Of a DNA stretch of 64,000 bases, positions 58,311-64,000 are shown one piece after another. The stretch's first letter is position 1. Each line of letters starts with the position of its first letter. Position numbers and translations under genes: made by a program. Origin of the DNA: Candidatus Latescibacterota bacterium (lineage in GTDB: Bacteria > Latescibacterota > MWCZ01); the NCBI GenBank assembly GCA_022706085.1, contig JAKJDF010000003.1, forward strand, positions 64,813 to 128,812, written 5' to 3'. The notes beneath the pieces were generated by a model. That model was not told where the DNA came from and did not search any database. It saw only the letters and a program-made list of their open reading frames with translations.

Positions 58311-59557
58311 ACGGAAAGCCCGTGCTCACCATCGCGCGGCGTGAATACATCGCACGCGTCAGAACGAAAAGCTTCGTCGTCATGACGGTTCTCATCCCCC
58401 TGATTATGGGTGCAAGCGTCGCGATCCCGATGTTCCTTGTGAAAGCGGATTCCCCGCGGCAGCGGGTACTCGCGGTTGCGGACGAAACCGGGCTCGTATT
58501 CGACTCACTCCGGTCGCTGCGTGAGGAAAGGCTGGCGGATGGCAGACCCCGGTACGTCGTCGAACGGGTCCCGGCGACTCCTCGTGCGGTGTCTGATGCG
58601 CGCGGGCTGGTGGAGCTGGAAGCGTACGACGCGTTTGTCTTCGTACCGGCAGGGGCAGTTGACGGTCTCCCGGTAACATGTTTCACCAACGGCGTGCCGA
58701 ACTCCCGGGAAATAGACCATATCGGGGCCGCCTTTAACAGAGCGCTGATTGCCCTCAGGCTCGCGCGGGAAGGGCTCGATCCGGCACGTATCACCGCCTT
58801 GACACGGTCCGTCCCGTTTGATGTGGTTGCGCTGAAGAAAGGAGCAGCGCCAAAAACGGCCCAGGCAGCTTTCGCGGCCGTTATGGCGATGGTGATCCTG
58901 ATGTACATCAGTTTGACGATGTACGGCGCGTTCACGACGCAGAGTGTTGTGAACGACAAGACGTCGCGAGTTGTCGAGATCCTCGTGTCAACGGTATCGC
59001 CCACGGAGTTGATGTACGGGAAGATCTCTGGCACCGGTTTCGCCGGACTCACACAACTGGGTATCTGGGTGGCAGTGACCCTGGGTGTGTCAATCGGCAT
59101 GCCCGAAAGTGCGATTGCGAAGACGTTCCACGCCGTAGCGGATGTTTCGATCCCCGCCCTCATCGTTTTCTTCGTCTCCGGCTTTTTCCTGTATGCTTCG
59201 CTCTACGCGGGAGTCGGTGCAATCTGCACGACGAACGAAGAGGCAGGACAACTCCAGTTGCCCGTATCGCTTCTCCTGATGGTTGCGTTTTTCCTGGCGA
59301 TGTCCGGCGTGAACGACCCCGGTAGCACGTTGACCGCGGTGCTGTCGTACGTGCCGTTTTTCGCTCCTATTCTCATGATGTTGCGTTTTGGCGTTGGAGA
59401 GGCGAGTTGGTTCGACGCCGCCGTCTCACTGGTGGGGATCATGCTCACGACGGCGATCATTGCGACCGCCGTGGGGAGGATTTTCCGGGTGGGCATACTC
59501 ATGACGGGGAAACGAGCGTCTCTGACGGAGGTGATCCGTTGGCTGCGGAAAGCGTGA
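58307..59557 (+). CDS. ABC-2 family permease (NatB-like) with a large extracytoplasmic loop
   Basis: 416 aa: N-terminal TM, a periplasmic domain of about 150 aa, then 5 TM. ATGA coupling to the ATPase. Confidence 0.8.
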   Translation: MNGKPVLTIARREYIARVRTKSFVVMTVLIPLIMGASVAIPMFLVKADSPRQRVLAVADETGLVFDSLRSLREERLADGRPRYVVERVPATPRAVSDARGLVELEAYDAFVFVPAGAVDGLPVTCFTNGVPNSREIDHIGAAFNRALIALRLAREGLDPARITALTRSVPFDVVALKKGAAPKTAQAAFAAVMAMVILMYISLTMYGAFTTQSVVNDKTSRVVEILVSTVSPTELMYGKISGTGFAGLTQLGIWVAVTLGVSIGMPESAIAKTFHAVADVSIPALIVFFVSGFFLYASLYAGVGAICTTNEEAGQLQLPVSLLLMVAFFLAMSGVNDPGSTLTAVLSYVPFFAPILMMLRFGVGEASWFDAAVSLVGIMLTTAIIATAVGRIFRVGILMTGKRASLTEVIRWLRKA

Positions 59558-59619
59558 CTGATCTCTGGGCAGAGGGTCCCGAGGGCAGCACGCGGCGTGT
59601 CAGGTTCTCTTCTTCGTCC

Positions 59620-61872
59620 TTAGACGCAAGGCTCCAGATGGGCGACCCGAACCAGAATTTTCTTCGTCTGTCCGCTATCGAAGAGGATCGTCAGCTTGGT
59701 ATCCACCCCGAGGCCTTCGCGGTTCGTTATCTTTCCCCGCCCGAACATCGGGTGCATCACATGGTGCCCGATGGTGAGGAAGCTGTCTACCGTCTGGGAG
59801 AAGTCGTCGGCATAACTCGATTCCTGAGAGAATTCATCTCCAACCGTGTGGACGTGGCGAGTTGAAGCCCCTCGCGTTCTGACGAATCCGTCTTCTCGGA
59901 ACCGCCGCTGGTCCAGGGTCTGCCTTCCGGGTACCTCGGCGCGTGCCGTGTCCCACTTCAACAATTCATCCGGAATTTCCTGCAGGAATCGCGAAGGCTG
60001 AGTGTTTGCCCACTCGTTGAAACGCCGGCGGCGTTGCGCGTAGCTCAGGAACACCAGCTTCTGAGCGCGAGTGAGGCCAACATAGAACAAACGCCGCTCC
60101 TCCTCCAGTTCCGCTGCATCCTGGAGAGAGCCTGCGATCGGGAAGAGCCCCTCCTCCATGCCTGTAACGAATACTACCGGGAATTCGAGGCCCTTGGCGG
60201 AATGGAGCGTCATCAGGGTAACCGAGTTCCCTCCATCGGTCTGAACCTCGTCCGCGTCGGTTACCAGCGCGATATCCTCGAGGAACGCGCTGACATTCGG
60301 CTCGTTGTTCGCTTCCACGTACGCGGTAGCGCCTGCAACCAGTTCCCCGATGTTCTGGAGGCGGGTTTCCGCCTCAACGGATCCGTCTTGTTCCAGTTGC
60401 GCGCGGTACCCTGTGTCCGTCAGAATCTTCTCAAGGAGCTCATCTACGGCCATTTCAGTTTTTTTTGCGATCAGCGCATCGAGCCAGCGTATGAACTCGT
60501 TGATCGGTTTGTACGCGCGGGGGCCGAGTTCGTGCTCCTCCAGTGTTCGCAGCGCTTCCATGAGAGGCAGTCCCGTTCCTGCCATCCTTTCCGCTGCCAA
60601 CGCCATCGTTTTGTCGCCGATGCCGCGCCGGGGGACATTCACGATGCGCCTGAGGCTCTCCGAGTCACGTGGATTGTCTATCACCCGAAGATACGCGAGA
60701 ACGTCCTTGATTTCTTTCCGTTCGTAGAAGCGGAGACCACCGACCACGGTGTACGGGATCGGCTTGGAAGATCGGACAAACGCCTCCTCAATTGCTCGTG
60801 ACTGGGCGTTTGTGCGATAGAGGACCGCGATGTCTCCATAAGAGTGGCCGTCCTCCAGAAGCCGAGCCAGGCGTTCACGAATCCATTCGGCCTCCTCCTT
60901 CTCGTCAGCAAGCTCGGCGATTGTCAGGTGGTCGCCCGGACCGTTCTGTGTCCAAAGCTCCTTTTCCTTCCGCTTTCGGTTGTGGCGCACTACTGCCCCC
61001 GCCGCTTTCAGAATTGTCCGCGTGGAACGGTAATTCTGTTCCAATCTCACAACCGTGGCATCAGGGAAGTCCTTTTCGAAGTTGAGGATGTTCGTGATGT
61101 CGGCGCCTCGCCATCCGTAAATCGACTGGTCATCGTCGCCTACGGCGCAAATGTTGTGGTGGTTCTCCGCAAGCATTTTGACAAGAACGTACTGAGCCTG
61201 GTTCGTGTCCTGATATTCGTCAATGAGAAGATGCTGAAACCGGGTTCGGTATTCCTCGAGTACCTCAGGCTGTGTTCGGAAAAGACGGACCGGAAGCGCG
61301 AGCAGGTCATCGAAATCCATTGCGTTGTTGGACATCAGCGCGGCCTGGTAACGCCGGTAGAGATCGGCGATCACTGCGGCGGCGGGTCCTTTCCGGTTCC
61401 GGGCGTACTCCTCGGGGGTGAGAAGAAAAGCCTTCGCCTCCGAAATTCGCGCGCGCACTATCCCCGGTTTGAGGCTGTCGTCCAGCGTGCCGTGTTCCCG
61501 CATAATACGTTTGACGAGCGTCAGCGAGTCGTCACTGTCATAAATAGTGAATCTCGCGTCGTAGCCGAGTAGATGCGCGTCACGACGAAGTATTCTGGCG
61601 CAGATGGAATGGAACGTGCCGATCCACAGCGACGCGGCGCGGCTCTCACCGATCAACCGGGCGGTGCGCTCTTTCATTTCTCTCGCGGCCTTGTTCGTGA
61701 ATGTCACCGCGAGAATCCTGTGGGCGGATGTGCCGCTGGCTATCAGGTGTGCAAGTCGGTGTGTGAGGGTTCGGGTTTTCCCGCTGCCCGCCCCGGCGAG
61801 AATCAGGACGGGGCCTGAAAGAATCTGTGCGGCCCTTCTTTGCTCTGGATTGAGCTGGTCGAGAAACGACAT
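59620..61872 (-). CDS. uvrD: UvrD/PcrA/Rep-family ATP-dependent DNA helicase
   Basis: AGAGSGKTRT Walker A, the motif series (VTFTNKAAREM, DEYQDTN, VGDDDQSIYGWRGA), and C-terminal helicase domains. The start was set at MSFLDQLNPEQ, after GAGGA. Confidence 0.9.
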   Translation of the reverse strand: MSFLDQLNPEQRRAAQILSGPVLILAGAGSGKTRTLTHRLAHLIASGTSAHRILAVTFTNKAAREMKERTARLIGESRAASLWIGTFHSICARILRRDAHLLGYDARFTIYDSDDSLTLVKRIMREHGTLDDSLKPGIVRARISEAKAFLLTPEEYARNRKGPAAAVIADLYRRYQAALMSNNAMDFDDLLALPVRLFRTQPEVLEEYRTRFQHLLIDEYQDTNQAQYVLVKMLAENHHNICAVGDDDQSIYGWRGADITNILNFEKDFPDATVVRLEQNYRSTRTILKAAGAVVRHNRKRKEKELWTQNGPGDHLTIAELADEKEEAEWIRERLARLLEDGHSYGDIAVLYRTNAQSRAIEEAFVRSSKPIPYTVVGGLRFYERKEIKDVLAYLRVIDNPRDSESLRRIVNVPRRGIGDKTMALAAERMAGTGLPLMEALRTLEEHELGPRAYKPINEFIRWLDALIAKKTEMAVDELLEKILTDTGYRAQLEQDGSVEAETRLQNIGELVAGATAYVEANNEPNVSAFLEDIALVTDADEVQTDGGNSVTLMTLHSAKGLEFPVVFVTGMEEGLFPIAGSLQDAAELEEERRLFYVGLTRAQKLVFLSYAQRRRRFNEWANTQPSRFLQEIPDELLKWDTARAEVPGRQTLDQRRFREDGFVRTRGASTRHVHTVGDEFSQESSYADDFSQTVDSFLTIGHHVMHPMFGRGKITNREGLGVDTKLTILFDSGQTKKILVRVAHLEPCV

Positions 61873-62101
61873 GAAACTGGGGTCCTCAGGCTTTCGAGAT
61901 TGAACGTGGGTGCTCTGTCCGGCAGGATCGAGCGATACGGGCGAATCATTTCGTTTCCAAAGATACGAAGGCCGCGAACGTTTCTGTCTTGCCGCGCGGG
62001 CCTTCAGTTCTGCACGTAGGTGTTGGCGTCGCCGCAACTGAACGGGATATTACTTTCGCAGGTTGCTTGGCGTCGACGAATGCCGAACCGGGGTGTGTTC
62101 C

Positions 62102-62851
62102 ATGAGATTGACTCGCTCTCTTTACGTTGTTGGCGGTCACTGTGTGGGTCTCTCCGATACGCAGGATTGCATCATCTACGTTGTGGCGGCTCCTGAGGGC
62201 TTGATTATGGTGGATGCCGGGGGCGGGCGCGATACGGATGCGATCTTTCGCGCCATGGCGGAGGAGGGGTTGGACGAACGCCAGCTCCGTGTTCTACTTC
62301 TGACGCACTGTCATGCCGACCACGCGGCCGGAGCTGCGGCGATCAGAGAACGTACCGGGTGTGCGGTCGCAATCTCGGAGAAATCTGCCCACCTGCTGGA
62401 AAACGGGACGGAGATAGATGTGCGCCTGGACCTTGCCAAGGCCATGCGCATCCATCCGCCCGACCTCGTGTGGGCGAACTGCCCGGTGGACATTCGCCTT
62501 TCCGACGGCCAGTTGCTGGACATCCTCGGCATCACGGTAGAAGTGTACGACGTCGCTGGCCACAGTGAGGATTCGTGTTGCTTCGTGATGGTAGTGGACG
62601 GCCGGAAATGCCTGTTCGCGGGGGATGTGATTCAATATGGGGGGGTAATAGGGCTGCTCAACTACCCGGGCAGTACTCTCGAAGGATACCGCAGAGATCT
62701 TCCGAAACTGCGTGGACTCGGGATTGAAGCACTGCTGCCGGCACATTCGCTGTTCACGTTGCGGAACGGCCAACACCACATTGATTCAGCAATTGAGCGT
62801 CTGAAATCCCACATCGTTCCTCCGACTGTTGGGCAAAAAGTCTTCTTCTGA
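62102..62851 (+). CDS. MBL-fold metallo-hydrolase
   Basis: THCHADHAAG (HxHxDH) motif plus the downstream His/Asp ligands (DVAGHSEDS, PAHS). Confidence 0.8.
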   Translation: MRLTRSLYVVGGHCVGLSDTQDCIIYVVAAPEGLIMVDAGGGRDTDAIFRAMAEEGLDERQLRVLLLTHCHADHAAGAAAIRERTGCAVAISEKSAHLLENGTEIDVRLDLAKAMRIHPPDLVWANCPVDIRLSDGQLLDILGITVEVYDVAGHSEDSCCFVMVVDGRKCLFAGDVIQYGGVIGLLNYPGSTLEGYRRDLPKLRGLGIEALLPAHSLFTLRNGQHHIDSAIERLKSHIVPPTVGQKVFF

Positions 62852-62853
62852 CA

Positions 62854-64000
62854 TCAATAGACGAACTCCCGGATGTCGTAAAGAGCGACTTGAGCAGGCT
62901 CGGAAGGATCCTTCCAGTGAAGGCCCGCCCGAATCTCGTCTCGTTGCGCCTTCAGCTCCAGGCCGGTGAGGTCTCTGATTCCACGTTCCCGCGCCAGCCT
63001 CTCGTAAGGCAATCCGCGGTGGTTCACGAAGTCACTCAGATAGACGATGTCGCCATCACCGAGTTCCATCGCGTTGATTGCGTCAATTGTCTGCTCCACG
63101 TGCGCGGCGGCGAACCTGTCTCCGCCCACCCCGACCATCGCGATTACTCCCACGTTCAATCCGGCTGTTTTCATGCGGCGGACCGCGTCTATCATTTCTG
63201 AGCGCGTTGCCGGCTTTCGAACGAACGCCAGCAGGGCGTCGTCCCCGCTCTCCAGCCCGAGGTACACCCTGCGGAGATGCTGTTCTTTCAGCGCGCGGAA
63301 GTCATCCACCGTTTTTTTCCACGCGGCGCGACCGTCCACGAAACTGAAGACGCCTTCATACGAGTGAGGATGGCTCTTCCGGTACGCGTACCGCTCGCGC
63401 GCCTCACGCAATTGTGAGGGAACGAACGAAAAGAACTCGTGTAATACGCCGAACACTTCAAGCAGCGTCTTTTGTGGCAGACTCAGTGCGTTCCCGTCCC
63501 CTAGGAACACCGATTTCCGCAGACGGGCAGAGGTGGCTGGAAACGAAGTAACCTCACTCAGGTGGCGGCGAAACTCATCTAGGGATTTGACGGCGAACCT
63601 GCGCGATCTGCAGAAGTTACAGAAGGTGCACCCGTTGTAGGAGCAACCGGTGGTCAGTTGCGCCACCACGCTGAGATACTGGTCGGGGGGAAGAATGCCG
63701 ACAGGAACGTACATGCGTCGCAGCTCCGTTGCCTCGAGGCACAGCCGTTCATAACCGTACGCCAGGATGGGGTTCAGGGCACTTGCCAGAACATCCCGGG
63801 GTGGAAGCAGCGGCGCGATTTCATTCGGGTGTGTCGGTTTGCATTCTGTGAGGTTTCGGTTCAACATGTCCGCAACGATTCCGGCTCGCTCGTACGCCGC
63901 CGTGATTATTCGTTGGCGCGCAGGTTCCTGAACCTCATTCCGTACGCGTTCGCCGTCCTCCGGTCGTCGGTATTTCTCAAGAAGTCTGTTGTCCAAACCT
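62854..64000 (-). CDS. Radical SAM domain protein, with its 5' end beyond the window edge
   Basis: CSYNGCTFCNFC matches the CxxxCxxC motif. The ORF is open to position 64000. Confidence 0.7.
   Translation of the reverse strand, partial: GLDNRLLEKYRRPEDGERVRNEVQEPARQRIITAAYERAGIVADMLNRNLTECKPTHPNEIAPLLPPRDVLASALNPILAYGYERLCLEATELRRMYVPVGILPPDQYLSVVAQLTTGCSYNGCTFCNFCRSRRFAVKSLDEFRRHLSEVTSFPATSARLRKSVFLGDGNALSLPQKTLLEVFGVLHEFFSFVPSQLREARERYAYRKSHPHSYEGVFSFVDGRAAWKKTVDDFRALKEQHLRRVYLGLESGDDALLAFVRKPATRSEMIDAVRRMKTAGLNVGVIAMVGVGGDRFAAAHVEQTIDAINAMELGDGDIVYLSDFVNHRGLPYERLARERGIRDLTGLELKAQRDEIRAGLHWKDPSEPAQVALYDIREFVY

Noticed and set aside
61873-62037. 55-codon basic N-terminal extension (MRRRQHLRAELKARAARQKRSR...) of the UvrD ORF
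   Set aside because: UvrD/PcrA/Rep helicases start right at the ...LNPxQ...AGAGSGKT region. An internal Met with a GAGGA RBS is present. The extension is a low-complexity run of basic residues.
1-64000. CRISPR arrays, IS elements, integrases and prophage genes
   Set aside because: I scanned for direct-repeat/spacer periodicity, for transposase DDE or integrase motifs, and for phage structural genes, and found none. The only repeats are the tandem pstS paralogs and the short palindromic hairpins.

Overview
This is a high-GC (roughly 60%+) bacterial chromosomal window, densely coded on both strands. I see no transposases, integrases or CRISPR arrays. Gene content (fused SecDF, GldA/F/G-like ABC module, MoxR-DUF58-BatABCDE aerotolerance genes, TldD/PmbA pair, TatC, PdxJ) suggests an FCB-group-like organism (Bacteroidota, Rhodothermota or Gemmatimonadota-like). 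I cannot determine the taxon from the sequence alone.

Main blocks, in order:
- 1-2.5 kb: 3' part of a large hypothetical gene, then a tRNA-Met(CAT) behind a near-consensus sigma70 promoter, a long structured noncoding leader, a CspA-family cold-shock gene and an intrinsic terminator.
- 2.6-4.6 kb: a lipoprotein plus outer-membrane protein pair.
- 4.7-7.4 kb: a minus-strand operon of rhodanese, DoxX/MauE, S1/P1 nuclease and RmlD-like reductase.
- 7.6-13.5 kb: a LamG lipoprotein, tldD-pmbA, a small membrane protein, a UroD-family protein and an SDR.
- 13.5-14.6 kb: a convergent DUF2961/GH172 gene.
- 14.8-21.3 kb: a complete phosphate-uptake cluster, with an OprO/P-like porin, two tandem pstS paralogs, pstCAB and phoU.
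- 21.4-28.7 kb: RidA, a Gfo/Idh/MocA gene translationally coupled to an FGE-like gene, tatC, pdxJ, fused secDF and an FmdB zinc-ribbon protein.
- 29.4-46.1 kb: a single-strand operon of about 17 kb with many 4-nt ATGA start/stop overlaps. Its order is BatD-C-terminal-like protein, moxR, DUF58, lipoprotein, GldA/F/G-like ABC system, DUF4340, DUF4381-like protein, batA, batB, batC, a small Q/R-rich protein, batD, batE and a HEAT-repeat protein. This is an aerotolerance-type MoxR/vWA operon with an ABC-exporter module embedded in it, and it is the most unusual architecture in the window.
- 46.1-50.2 kb: GH2 and beta-helix glycan genes on the minus strand.
- 50.5-55.9 kb: two overlapping hypotheticals (membrane protein, zinc-ribbon/acidic protein), another hypothetical, and a 954-aa fused FAD/Fe-S oxidoreductase.
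- 56.1-59.6 kb: glgC and an ABC-2 exporter.
- 59.6-64.0 kb: uvrD-like helicase, MBL hydrolase and a 5'-truncated radical SAM gene.
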